Assembly: GCF_009914755.1 (NCBI RefSeq)
Contig: NC_060925.1
Source: the human T2T-CHM13v2.0 reference genome, Homo sapiens
DNA length: 64,000 bases
Strand: one strand, 5' to 3'
Part shown: in pieces, positions 1 through 12,200 of the stretch
Layout: every line of letters begins with the position of its first letter
Numbering within the stretch: the first letter of the stretch is position 1
Program-made: the position numbers and the translations under genes
Notes under the pieces: model-generated
The model's database searches: none
The model's input: only the letters and a program-made list of their open reading frames with translations
What the model was told of the DNA's origin: nothing

Positions 1-875
1 CCACCTGCATTAGGCGGCCCCAAGGGGGATGATGAGGTGGAGGAATGAGGGCCACAGCCTGGATAAAAGATACTGTGGGCTCCACAGGATGACAGGGGGA
101 ACCCCTACTGTGAAGCCAGGCGGGAGGATGCCTACTGTGGTGCCACCCTGGTTCCGAGGAGACCCTGAGCTGCTCCAGGCAAGAGCTCTGGGAAGGACTA
201 TGCAATCTCGTCTCTGCGGACTTGTGTCTCCAGAGAAATTGCTCCTTCCTGTTGGACGCAGCATCTCAGGGACTCTGGCGGGGCCACAGGGGCAGATACG
301 GTGCTTGGGTCAGAGACAAAGAGCAAGAAAAGGCCAAGGGCATCACCTTCCCATTTGTTGCGTTCCTCCTGAGGTGGGGGCGAGGAGCGCCTTCATTACG
401 GTTCAGGTCTGCTTGGACTTCATGAACTTGATTTTCAAAAGAACCTTGAAAATGTTAGAGTTTAAGGTCATATATGCTTGGCAAAATATGGCTTTTAGCT
501 TGGAAGGAAAAAAAAGGCATAGAGGGCATTTTGGACACAAAATAGCTCTTTAAAACAGCATTTTGATGAGTTAAGTATAAATAAATCAGAAACACACGGA
601 TCTCATTTCCTTTAAAATACCCGCGGGCTCAAACACTAGCGGGAAAAGTGCCTGGCAAACGGCGGTTTGGGATTTTGACAAACCCAAATATTTTGAAGAG
701 GTTTCTGAAATGTTTGCACCCAGGTCTCCTCTCTGCCCTACCTTTAGTGCGTGCCTGTGTGCGCTGGTCCCCGTCGGCCTCTGAAGGGCAGGTCCAGCCA
801 GCACGGCGCGTGGACACCACTCTCTGTGTCCTGGGTGCAGGCTTTCCACAGCCTGACCTGATGATGTGCAGCTTG

Positions 876-877
<2 letters not shown>

Positions 878-917
<40 letters not shown>

Positions 918-920
918 CGC
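878..920. repeat. (TG)16(CG)5 compound microsatellite
   Basis: 43 bp of uninterrupted alternating purine-pyrimidine sequence read directly. Confidence 0.95.
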
Positions 921-2149
921 AGAAGGAAGGAAACGCAAGGAAGATCAGTTAAGGGATGAGGCTTTGGGTCTTCAAGAATTCTAACTTATTTTGGCGTGGA
1001 ATGGGGAAAAAAAAACACATGAGAATCCTACTTGAAGGAGTTGAAATAAGGCTCTAAAACCGGCACTGGAATGAAGTCAGCAGTGTCTGCTCCCAGCCCA
1101 AACATCTGGGCTCCAAGTGGGCAATCGGCCCCACCTCCAGAAGTGTCGGATCACAGGACACAGCTCCTGGGGACGGAGCCGCCGGGGCAGCCAGATGTGT
1201 GGGCACCGCACAGGCAAAGCCGGTGGCATGCTCCAATGCAAGGCCATCTTCTTTACCTCTGCAGGAACAAATCGGATCAGGTGAGGCTGATTCTCCTGCA
1301 TCCGTGCCTCAGCCCTTAGTGGTCCCAGATCATTGTGGTGGCCACTTTTAGGACAGGGCCAGAGCCTTGGCCTCGACCTCGCCCAGCAGGCAGGCAGCCC
1401 TCCCAGGACCCTTGGGTGAAACTCCAGCTTCCTCCTCCAGGTAGCTCAGGTGCCAGCAGGTAAGGCTGGGAGCAGCTATCCCTGAAGCCAACCCACTTCC
1501 TTCCTGTTCAGAGCTAAGAGCTGCCAAGAAGCACGGGGTGGCTGCTCAGATTCATGAGGTCTGCTCTGCACTTTTACAACCTAATAAAATTTGGGGGCAT
1601 CTGAGAGGAACACCGAGGGGCACACGGGGACGTTGACATGTTGTGGTGGGGTCATTCAGACAGGACCTGAGTGCCGCTCTTCATTTGGTCCTGAATTCGG
1701 GTGTGCGGTGAGGCTGCGCCTGGCACCCCGGATCCCTCCACGGCTTCCCCCTTATCTAGAGCATCTGGCCCCATCTTGGCCGTCTCTGCTCGCTCAGAGA
1801 CATAAACAGAAATGCCGTTTGGCAAAGGCGGCCCTAAAACATCTTTCCCTGAAATGTTCCTTTTGGCGTCTGATTAGGAAAAAAAACCTTGCAATTAATA
1901 CTCTTGAGTTGGATTGTGAGATTTTCTGCAGAATTAGGCTTGGAGCATTTAACAACAAGGTTCCTTATTGCCCAGCCTCTAAATTTATAATAAAAATAAA
2001 TGTTTCCCCTTCCTGACGTTGAAGGCCATGCCAACTGCAGAGAGGGGCCTGGATGCAAGAGGAAGCAATTGGATTCACTTAAATGCCGCAGACATAAACC
2101 CCTGCACGCCTTCGCAGGACTGGGTCCCCGCACGGGGACCCCAGGGAAT

Positions 2150-2480
2150 GAGAACGTTGTCGGCTAATCTCCGAGCACTTCTCCTAATTGTACAGTGCTC
2201 CGCGCTAATCAACATCCAATGCCCGTTCTCTTTAAGACCAAGACAGAACAAAGCCTCAAATTACTAATTACACAAATACAGTGTCTTTTGCTAATTGGAT
2301 TGGTTAATGTTAGTTAATAAAGCACTTTAAGGATAGGCAATGTGGTATGAAAGAGGCAATTCATACGTTTAATAATAGGCTAATAACTGTCAGCAATGAA
2401 TAATCAGCCGTTGTCACGTGCAACGAACATCCACGCTCTTTCCAGCTCTTCGGGCGTCTGTTACAAATTAATGCCTTTGC
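2150..2480. promoter_or_regulatory. Candidate enhancer: AT-rich homeodomain motif cluster
   Basis: Many TAAT/CTAATT cores, CTGTCA (MEIS) 2387-2392, GTCACGTG E-box 2413-2420, non-repetitive AT island in a GC-rich background. Confidence 0.5.
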
Positions 2481-2714
2481 AGGAGCCAGCCTGTGCTCCA
2501 AGCCCCTCATCCCCGGGCTGCTGGAGCTCCGACCTTGCCTTCTCGCCCGGCGAGGACCTGCAGCTCACACACCGCAGCCCCGGTGGCCGTTTGGGGAGTT
2601 TATCCTCTGAAGAAAAATGAAGCCCTGTTATTTCTATTATTTATGAAAGAGCCTTTGGCCAAGCGATTAGGGACAGGAACCAGAGTCCTGCATCCTTGTC
2701 CCGAGGCCACAGGC

Positions 2715-2830
2715 TTCGCTGTTTTACTCAGTGACCCCGGGCAAGCTCCTTGACCCCCACGGGCCTCCGTCAACTCAGCTGGAAAATTGGGTAAAAAGAT
2801 TGCGGTGTCTCTCAGGCATGGAGCTGCAGA
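2715..2830 (+). mobile_element. Degenerate MIR fragment
   Basis: gtgaccccgggcaagctccttgacccc...ctggaaaattggg resembles the MIR core. Confidence 0.4.
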
Positions 2831-5800
2831 CTGGAGGTGCGTAAGGCCGGCGGGACCGTGACAGTCCAGCGTGGGGCCGCAGCTGCGGCGGGGCTCTGCC
2901 GTGCACTCTAGCAGCCAGTGCCAAAAGGGAATCAGGACCCGTGGGCCCCAAATCAGCCCCCAGGACCTGAGATGTAGGGCCCGGCTCCGGGACCTGGTTT
3001 GGTAAAATGCAAAGACCCAAGTCCACAGCTGGCTGCCCAGGCTGCCCGTCTCCGCCAGCCCTAACCCTTTAGCTCCTCTTCAAATATCAGAAGAAAGAGG
3101 TGGCTGTGAAGAGCTTCTTGCAGGGGGTGGCCGGGTCTCCTGAGCAGGACCTGTTCCTGGGCAAGAGCTCCTGTGGGGACAGGTGCTGGGCAGCCAGGGG
3201 CTTTAGAGCCGGCGTTCTCTCTTTTTCCATCACGACAAGTGCCAACACCACTATGACCTACACCCGAGTGGGTCGAGTTTGCTCTTCCTCCAAGTCTCTG
3301 TTTCGAGCCGTGGGCTCTTCGCAGTATCCCAGGCTTCACAGTCACATCCAAGTAAATGTTGTTCCGCTCCGGGAAAGCGAGATCTTTAAGACAAAACAGA
3401 AGCGCCAGTGGCGAGGCTGTCCCTGCCAGTTGGCAGCACTGATTGAGTGTGCGGGGGTCCTCCCTCTTCTGAAGAGAGTCCCCGGAGGGATGTGTCCAGT
3501 GTGTGTCCTTCCCGGGACTGAAGCCTGGAAAAGCACAAAGCATTTTCCAGAAAAGAGAAGCAAACCGAGGATGGGATGCACTTGCGTTCACTCGCGATAA
3601 ACGAGACGCCTTGAAAGTGGAACAGGATCCCACCGTTTTCTGCCTGAACGTGCACAGGTGAATCTGCACACCCCAGGCAGCCCCACCCCCAGAAAATTCT
3701 GTTTGTTAAGTACAGGAATGTACCAGAATTAATTACTTGAGGCTACACAAAGCTAACAGAAATGGAGGTCAAGAGAAAGCAGTTTTTGTGCGCCTCTCAG
3801 AGTAACGCTGTTGGTCTCCTGCGGCCCAAAGGGAGCTCTGGGCCAGCCCCAGGGAGGAAGTCCTGTGCCAGGCTCAGAGGAGTCCAAGATGGGCATAAAG
3901 TTGAATGAGGGCTGTATAGTCTCCCTGCCCTCTCCCCACTGCCTCGACAACGTTGCAGCTGCCCCAGCTGTGGAACGCAGGGCTTCGGCCTGTACATATC
4001 ATCCCTCATGAGCTGGGGGCTCCTCGCCATGGCCCATCCCTCCAGAACCAGTACCACCTAGTTCTGCAGGTGAGACCCTCTGTCATCCCTCTGCCCGTCC
4101 ACCTGCACTGTCCACCCAGCTTCCCAGGCCTCCTGCCATGGGGTCTCCTTTCTCTCCCTCCATCTCTCTCTCTCTGAACGGGACGCGCTGAGCCATCACC
4201 GCCACGGGCAGTGCTTTCCCACAGGCTTGCCTGGTTCACAGCCGGCAACCTCACCCCTCTTTTCAGTCCTTGGGAAGAGCAAATAAATCACACTGCAGAA
4301 CAGCTCTCCCAGCCCTAAGAATAAAGTTTAAGTAACTGTGTCTGAGACTATTTCTGTAGCTCTTCAAGATGAGCCTTCCTGGGTGAATGCCTTCGCAGGC
4401 GGGAAGGTGCCCGTTTCTAAAGCCACTTGGGCAGAGCACCTCCCCAGGGCACCGTGAACACAACCCTCCTGCATCCATGGAGCAAGCAGCCAGGGAGGAG
4501 CCCAGGGTCATGGCGAGAGGAAGGCGCCTCTTCCGCTACTGACTGGTGGATATTCCCCCAGGGCCATCGTTACCCACACACGGGCTGGGTGGACAGGTGT
4601 CCCTGGGAGCACTGTTCACCCACAGTCCAGCACAGAAGCAGTCAGGGAGGACTGTGAGATCGGGCAAGAGGTGCCCACACCTGCAGGTGCCCCGGGGGCC
4701 CCTCCCCGGCCTCCCCTAGGTGGCCTGGGAAGCACATTCACCCCCATGCCCCTGTCTTTCTCCTGCACTAATAAAGGACATTTTTCTCAGTCCATCCTGC
4801 AGACAGATGGTGACCTTGTCATGTTTGTTGACAGCCACACGGCATAGCTGAGAATCAAAGCGCCACCTCCCATCTTCCCTGTCAGGGCCTCCAAGCCACA
4901 GGATGTACATTCCAAGCCTCACAGGCAGGATGGCAGAATCGGATCGGATCCCAGTCCCACCCAGCCTCTTGCAGCCCATGAGCCTGGTCACTGAACCTGC
5001 TGTCCGTGCTGACCTCCTGCAGCTGGAGACAAACCAGGGAAACCTTAAGGGTCTCTTTCTTCTTATCTTAGGGCTAAAAAAAAGAAGGGAGGCGAGCAGG
5101 TGTGTCTGTTTTTCTGAGGCTCATGGACAGCAGGCAGGAGCAGCCCCCAGAGGAGCCCCTGGCCCAGGCTCCATTCTCAGACACGGGCGGGAGGGAGAGT
5201 GGTTTGCTCTCTTCCTTAGAGCAGGGTCTCTGCCCTTGTTTCAGTGACTTGTTAGAAAGCAAGGAAAGATGGCGCAAAATAAAGCTGCAGCTCCGTGCAG
5301 GTGTCGGGACCAAAAGCAGCTGCCCTGGCTCCCACGTTTAGTTTGCATGAACACTCTGTGCACTTCGGATGCATCGCTGTGGCCCAAGGAGGAACGCGCA
5401 TCCCCCTGCAGCTCTCTGGGATCCCTGGACCCCTACAGGGTCACTGTGAGATGAAATCACTAGAGGATGCTTTCGGGCACCCAGTGTGCTGTCTAGCCGA
5501 GGGCCTCAAGAGAGACAGACTGGCCTCCACTGGCAACCGCTGCTCCATCCCTGACCTGCCCGACGGCTCTCCACAAGGCCAGGCAAGGGTGCCAACTAGA
5601 TGGCCGTTCTAGATTCCTGGATGTTGCTAGGTCTCACGGAGGCCTTTCTGCACTAGGACTCCACTCCCAGCCTCCTGGGACGAGTCCTTGGGGTAGCAAT
5701 GGAGTGAGACTCCACAGTCATCCAGACAAGAAGCTCAGTTAGCGCCGGACTCACGGCCACCAGACCTGCCCCAGAGAAGAGACCCTTCCCCATCCCAGAG

Positions 5801-6710
5801 GAGGTCGAATATCCAGGGAAGTTGTGTGGATGGAAATTGACATTCTGAGGGTTTGGGGATCTCCCTTGTGGCAAGTTCGTGTGCTTCTCCTTGTTGGAAA
5901 ACAAACAGGAGGAAAATAAGAAAAATATAAATGAACAGCCGTTTCAGGCTGCTTCCCATCTCACACCACCTTTCCCCGTGGGAGGCTCCAGCTGAGAAGG
6001 CAGCTCCGACGCGGCCCCGGTTGGGGCGAGGCAGGACAGCTGTCCCCAGGATTGGGTGTTCCCAGTGGCCCTGCCTGCCTGTCTCGCTGGCTGTGTGGTG
6101 CCTGCGCACCTTCCTTCCCCACACCTGCCCGGTGCGACCGCACTGCAGCCTCGGGCACCATGAGGCATTCGAAGTGACAACCTTATGGTATTTCCTCTGC
6201 TTGGGGTTTTGCCTTGGCCGTTTGGTGTTGGGAGCAGGTGTGAGCAAAGGGAGCAGGGACAGATGAGCCACCTCTGCTCGTGGAAGCCTCCCATTCCTGG
6301 AGAGAGGCTGGGGAAGGCTCGTCCCCGCCTCTCTGCTGGCAGCTGGACTGGCTACCCAAGGACATGAGTGCCCTCTTATCTCCGTCCTCCTTGGAGCCGT
6401 GGTGTCTCTGCCGTGGGCCGGGGTCAATGTGCCTCCAATGTAAAAGTCCAGATCATGTATAATTTAGGCTTTCTGTGTCCTGTGTGACCTCCGTCCCATA
6501 CACGTTTTTGTTTATTTTTACAACCCTTCATACACGTAAAAGCCGCCCATCCTGCCATCACCCTTACTAGGTTAATCGCCACAAGAGGCTTTTGGTCCGC
6601 GAGTCATGGCAGTCTTGAAAACGGGTGGTTACGTCTTGAGCGCCATCACGATTTGTGTGCTCATGCCGAAAATAAGTGAGTGATTGGCCAGGCAGCGTTG
6701 CTGTTTGCAT

Positions 6711-6827
6711 CTTCCCCGTCGTCATGGACAGCGGTCAAGGCCGTCCCCCCTTCTCCGTCGTCAGGGACAGCGGTCAAGGCCGTCCCCCCTTCTCCGTCGT
6801 CAGGGACAGCGGTCAAGGCCGTCCCCC
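6711..6827. repeat. 39-bp tandem repeat, 3 copies
   Basis: Unit cttctccgtcgtcagggacagcggtcaaggccgtccccc. Confidence 0.93.
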
Positions 6828-7649
6828 TGGGGCATCTGCCTCCCGCTTCACAGATGAGGGCGTCGAGGCTGCTCAGCCCAGGGGATGCGGGGGCCGAGAG
6901 GTGTTTCTGGGACTCACAATGGGAAGCGCTGGCTTGGGGCCCAGGATTATTTGCCTGGTTTCTGCCGTCCTTCCCAGCTCTGTGAAAGGCACCAGAAGGA
7001 AGGAAGGTCGGAGGAACATTCCGTGTTGGTCAGGGAGCCCCTGAAGGCATCCTCCAGGGCAGGTGGCCTTGGCCGTACGTCTGCCCACATCTCAGCAAGG
7101 CTGGGCAGTCCCTGGACTTGGTATGGCCTGGAAATGCAGACGTGGGACCCCGGGAGGTTACTTGGAAATCACGGGCAGAGCGGGCAGCCTTTCACCTGCC
7201 AGGCCTTCCTGGTTCAGCTTCTCCACTAACTCCGCCCCAAGAGAGTAAAGCTGGACCCTGGGGGGTCCCGGCTGCAGCCACAGTTGCATGGACGTTGCAA
7301 GACTCCAGAGGTGGCCAGTTTTTCCCAGCAGATCAGCCCGGAATTCCTCGCTGCAGCTGTTCCTGTCACTGGGTCCCATTAGGAAAGCGTGCAGTCTTGT
7401 TTGGTGACGCTCTGCCTCCCGCTGCCTTCACGCACGGTGGTCTCGAGTTCGCAGGCAGCTGCGACCGACACCCAGGAGCTCGGGCCTCTGTGTGTTGTCC
7501 CTGCAACAGATTGGAAACATTCCTTATGTGAGAGAAAGCAAAGCTCTTCATCTCCCTCTCCCTTCCCGCCGATCCATCTCCCTCACTTCTCCAAATGGAA
7601 CCAGTTCAAGGGAGGCCAAATAAGCGAATGGCTCGGATAATGCCGGGTG

Positions 7650-7850
7650 GAGCTGCACGGCCTGAGTTTGAATCCCAGCTCTGCCATTTGCTGGCCCTGT
7701 GACATTGGACGACTTAACCTAACCTCTCTGAGCCTCAGCATTCTCAGGTGTAAATGGGGATTATTGTAGGATTATTTCAAGCATTAAATAGGATGATGCA
7801 GTGACACCTTTGGCAGAGCTAGCATATTAGCTGTTATTATTATCATTGTT
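7650..7850 (+). mobile_element. MIR SINE
   Basis: ctgagtttgaatcccagctctgccatttgct...ttaacct...ctctgagcctcag...tgtaaatgggga...ttagctgttattatt matches MIR B-box region, core and tail. Confidence 0.85.
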
Positions 7851-8299
7851 ATTTTATTTCAATCAGGAATAAAATACAACGGGAAACAATTGTACTTCTG
7901 GCCTCCTTGGCTTGCAAGTTTGCGGAACTCAGAAATGCGAGTCCACAAATGCTTGCTTCATGAGTAAGTGGGATGCATGACAAGCGAGGATGAGAGAAAG
8001 ACTGAATTTGATCAGGGAAGGGCCAAGGGGGGTAGTGACACTGGCAGCTGCTTCTGCTTCCTCCATCCCCAGAAAGGTGCTGCCTGCCATTTTTAAGGGA
8101 ATTAAAATTCCATATTCTGCTCGGATATGGATCCACTTTCGGATCTTGAAAGGTTTCCCAAACCTCAGTGAGTGGTGTCGTAGCCAGAGAAGAGCCCAAC
8201 TTTGGGGAGGTCAGATTCTCCCGCCCAGTCCTGGGTCTTGGGGCTTTCAAACGCACATGTGACCCAGGCGCTGTTACCAGGAGATCTACGACCCTTCTT

Positions 8300-8480
8300 A
8301 TTCACTTATGATTATTAAGAATTACCTTAATAAACGAGGGATCAATCAGCAGAGTCAGGTGGAAGTGCATTCATATGATTCTGTCAATTTCCAGGTCATT
8401 TCTATAACTAAAAAGGGTTGAGATAAAAGATAAATGTTTGTATAGAACCGATCATTGATCCTGTGATTTATTTTCCCCGT
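8300..8480. promoter_or_regulatory. Candidate enhancer with PBX/MEIS/GATA/HOX motifs
   Basis: ATCAATCA 8341-8348, CTGTCA 8381-8386, AGATAA 8421 and 8428, TGATTTAT 8464-8471. Confidence 0.45.
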
Positions 8481-9112
8481 GGAAAGCGAAGCTCCCTGGG
8501 GAGATGCTGGTGCAGAGCCCACCGGGCTGCCCTGGAGGAGTGCCAGTGAGGGAGCCTCCAGCAGCTGCCCCCTGCCCAGGGTGGGGGTGGCCGGTGGCCG
8601 CGCGGTGCCTAGCACCTCCTGTGTCGTCGGTGTGGAGGAGGGACCGTCAGCATTTTCAGAAGCAGGGTGGAAAATGGCCAGCAGTGGACCTGGGAGGGCA
8701 CATCTTTCAGATGTGAGTCGGGACAGCCACTTTGGGGTTTGCAATGGCAGAGTTTGGTGTTGGTTTAAGTGATTGGGGGAAGGCACAGCGCACCCGCCGG
8801 AGCTGGGGTCCCCTCCTGCCGCTGCCACTCACAGTGAGCGGAATCTGTCCTGGGGCGCAAAGGGCTCAGGCTGAGCATGGAACATCCCCTGCTCACAGAC
8901 ACTGGCCTTTGGAAGATGGAAAACCATTCCGCCAGCATCCTTCTCCCTGCCCCTGTGAGTGCGGCCAGCCTGGCCTGGTCCTCTCTGCCCAGCAGGCCTG
9001 CAGTAGCCTCCTTCAGCAGCCTCCCTGTTGCCTACATAACTTTACTAACACAGGAGAGCCGACGTTAGATTGTCCCATCACAAAATAAACTAATGATGAA
9101 TGAAGAGGGCAG

Positions 9113-9283
9113 GGCAAGCTTTTGGAGGTGATGGATGGGTTTATGGTGTGGATCGTGGCGATGGTTTCTTGGTGCATTCTTGCGTCTCCAGGCTCATAAA
9201 GTTGTCTACATTAAATACCAACAGCTTTTTATATGCCAATCATACCGCAATGAAGTGTTGGGGTTTTTTTAAAAAAAAAAAAA
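9113..9283 (+). mobile_element. Old L1 (L1M-type) 3' end with poly(A)
   Basis: ttttggaggtgatggat...gtggcgatggtttc...aaagttgtctacattaaata...atgccaatcataccgcaatgaag then A-run, typical of L1M 3' termini. Confidence 0.8.
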
Positions 9284-12200
9284 GGTGGGGGGAAATTCTA
9301 TGAACTCTGGGAGACTGTTGAGATGGCCTCTTGCGGGTGGGAGTGGCTGCTGGAGGATGGGCACAGGGCCCACTGCTCCCCTTCCATTTGTCTTGGCTGA
9401 GCCTGGAGCCCTCGGCTCCTTGACGCTCCCACCAGGCTGGATGTGACTTTCGGGGTTTGCGATTGGGTCGGTCCCGGTGTCCTGGGAGTGTGTTCAGGGC
9501 TTGGGCTCTTGGAACCCGGGCATGGGACTGTCGTGTTGATTTCGTCTTCAGGGTTCATCCCTGACTCATCCCCCTGTTCTGGGGGCCTTCCTCTGCGGTA
9601 GCTTTGATGCTTCCTCTCCAGTATGGTCACCAACAGAGGGGCTTCCCGAGACAGGGGCTTTCAGAGCTCAAATCCAGACAGTCCTGGCCACAGGTTGGTC
9701 CTCTTGTCCCCGGGGCCCTGACACGGAGCCTGCACAAAGGAGCTGTCCCCGCCCCAGCAGCTCAGGTCCATCCTCAACTCCCCAGGCTGCCCCGGCCAGG
9801 CCACTTCCAGGCCAAGCAGCCGCAAGACAGGCGGGAGCCGGACCCTGTGCCTCGAGGCCCAGGTATCTGATTTCTAGCCGCCTGCCCGAGACGCCTGGTC
9901 CAGCAAGAGGCCCTGAGCCTGTCAGGGTGGCCAGGGCAGCTTCCCTAAGCCCCATAGTCAGAGAGCCACCCCGAGCACAGGGCCCCCGCAGGCTGGATGG
10001 CCGGGCCCCACCGTGACTGTGCCAGTCCCCACCCTCCACCCACAGGCCAGGGCCTGGTTCCCAGGGGCCTGGCCCAGGTGAACATGACCATGTAGCAGCT
10101 CGGTAAATTCTACAAGGAGAGCTCCCATTTTCCACTCACTGACTCATGATTTATTATTCGGTAAATGCCACGTGGGGTCTCCCTTGTGTTCCTGCTCGGA
10201 GGGGCCGTGATGGTGCCTGACACCCACCTTTGGCCTAAAGGGGCGTCTAATCCAGGAGGGAGGACGGGCCTGCCTGTAATAACTGGGCAGCTCTGAAGTG
10301 AGGCTGGCCATCCTTTTCCAGGCTGCAGGGCTCTGATGAAAGTTGGTGGAGAAATAAAGTGTGAGTGGGTTGGGTCAAGGTCACCTGCCGTCCACTTAGA
10401 ACCATCAGCTTCAACACCACCTTCCCAGCACAGAAGCTGCAGAGTGCAGAGGGTGTCCCTGGGATCGGCTCCACTGGCGTCCCAGCCAGAGCCCCCTACC
10501 GAGCCCTGCCTGCAGGTCCTGGGGCCCTGCGAGGCCGCCCAGCCGCTCCAGGCCTTGGCTCTTTCATCTTCTAGAACCCAGGCCCTCGGAAGCTCTGAGA
10601 CCAGCTCCAGGAACAAACAGCCTCGCAGAACTTTCTCCTCATTTCCAGGGCGTGCGTGTCCAGTTCCTGAGCTGGCTACGGGAGGCTCTTGGACTGGCCG
10701 CTGCTTCCCTTTCTCGTGCTGGAAGTGATGGCTCTTCATGAGCCATTGATCGCGAGGGCCACATGTCACCTGCTTTTATGATTTACATTCCCTTCCCCTG
10801 GGGACATCAATCTTCCGGAAGCAGAAGGAGGAAGGTGTCCACAGAGGGCCAGAAGCAATGCTGGACACCCCTGTGCTCGGGGACAGGGGCCTGCAGAGAT
10901 CCTTCCCGCTCGCCCCGCTGCCTGGCAGAGAAAGGGCTCTGGAGCCTGCGCCCCAGGGGCTGATAGCCTCCTGCCAGTCCCCACACCAGGTCACCCCCAC
11001 CCGCTCTCACCTTGCTCCATCAGCAGGGGCTCCCAGGTGGAGCCCAGGAACAACAGGCCTTCCCCAGCTCCGCCTGACATGGGGGAAAGAGCGCCCGTGA
11101 GTCCAGGACGGCGGGGGCGGGGTGTGGGGGGTCCCTGCCATGTAGACCCCGGAAGCCTGCCCTGCTCCAGGGAATCTCAGGCTGGGTCAGATCTCCCCCA
11201 GGCCCCTCATTTGGAAAGGGCTGTCCTGCCTGTGTGGGGCGGAGCTCTGAGATCTGGAGCAGCCCATCGAGCATGGCGGGGGAGTGGGGGTTGTGTGGTG
11301 GAGGAGCTGCGTCTTTGGCTTGGTGGAGAATTCAAAGCTGTGGCTGGAATGGCCCAAGCATTCTGGAAGTTTGGGAAGGTCTGAACGTGGTAACCTGCAC
11401 TCTCTCCTCTCTGGAAAGGGATAGCATGGCGGGGGCAGTATCCAGAGAGCAGGCATCCCTGCAGGCGCCACCCTCCCCAGACAACTGCAGCCCCAGGGCA
11501 GGTGGTCAGTTATAGCCCTGCCCCCAACTCTACCTTGTGCCCCGAGGTGCTAGAGGCAGAGGGCAGAGCAAGGTCACAGCCAGGGCAGGCCAGGGGGACC
11601 CCACAGTGCCTCCTTGTCTCCCACAGCCCCTGGGGCTGGGAAGGAGGCTTGGAGAGGCCTGGCGGGGGGTGGCTTCCCAGGCCAGGAGCAGTTGGAGAGA
11701 GAGACAGGACCCCCACCCTAGGGCTTCCAGCAGCCTCGTCCTCTGAGAGGCTCCTGTGACTTCCAGGTCAAGGACCACAAATATGCTAATGGCCTGGGGG
11801 GGCGCTTGTCTGACCACCGCATTGGCAATGAGGTGGGCAGAGGAAAGTGAGTCCTCACAGGGCTGCTTGCAGGCTGGAAGGGAGTGGGGCCTCCTGGGTA
11901 CTTCACCAGCAAGCTGGGCGTGGCCATGGGCCCCACGCCGGTGGGTGCCTGGGTGACCCGGGCTGGGGGCCAGGGCTGGTCTACACCTGTGTATCTTCAG
12001 GCTTCCCTGGGAAAAGGGGCTGCCCAGCCCTGCCCTCGGTGTGCACCACCTACTCAGGGTCCACTCACCTTGATCTTGGCAGGGCCCATGTGAATCCAGG
12101 GTGAGCCCGGGTTAGCACTCCCCTGCTGTCAAATTCGGGAGGCTACTTTACCTCTCTGAGCCCCTTCCTCTTCTGCACAGAGCAGGAAGCCATAGCCTTG

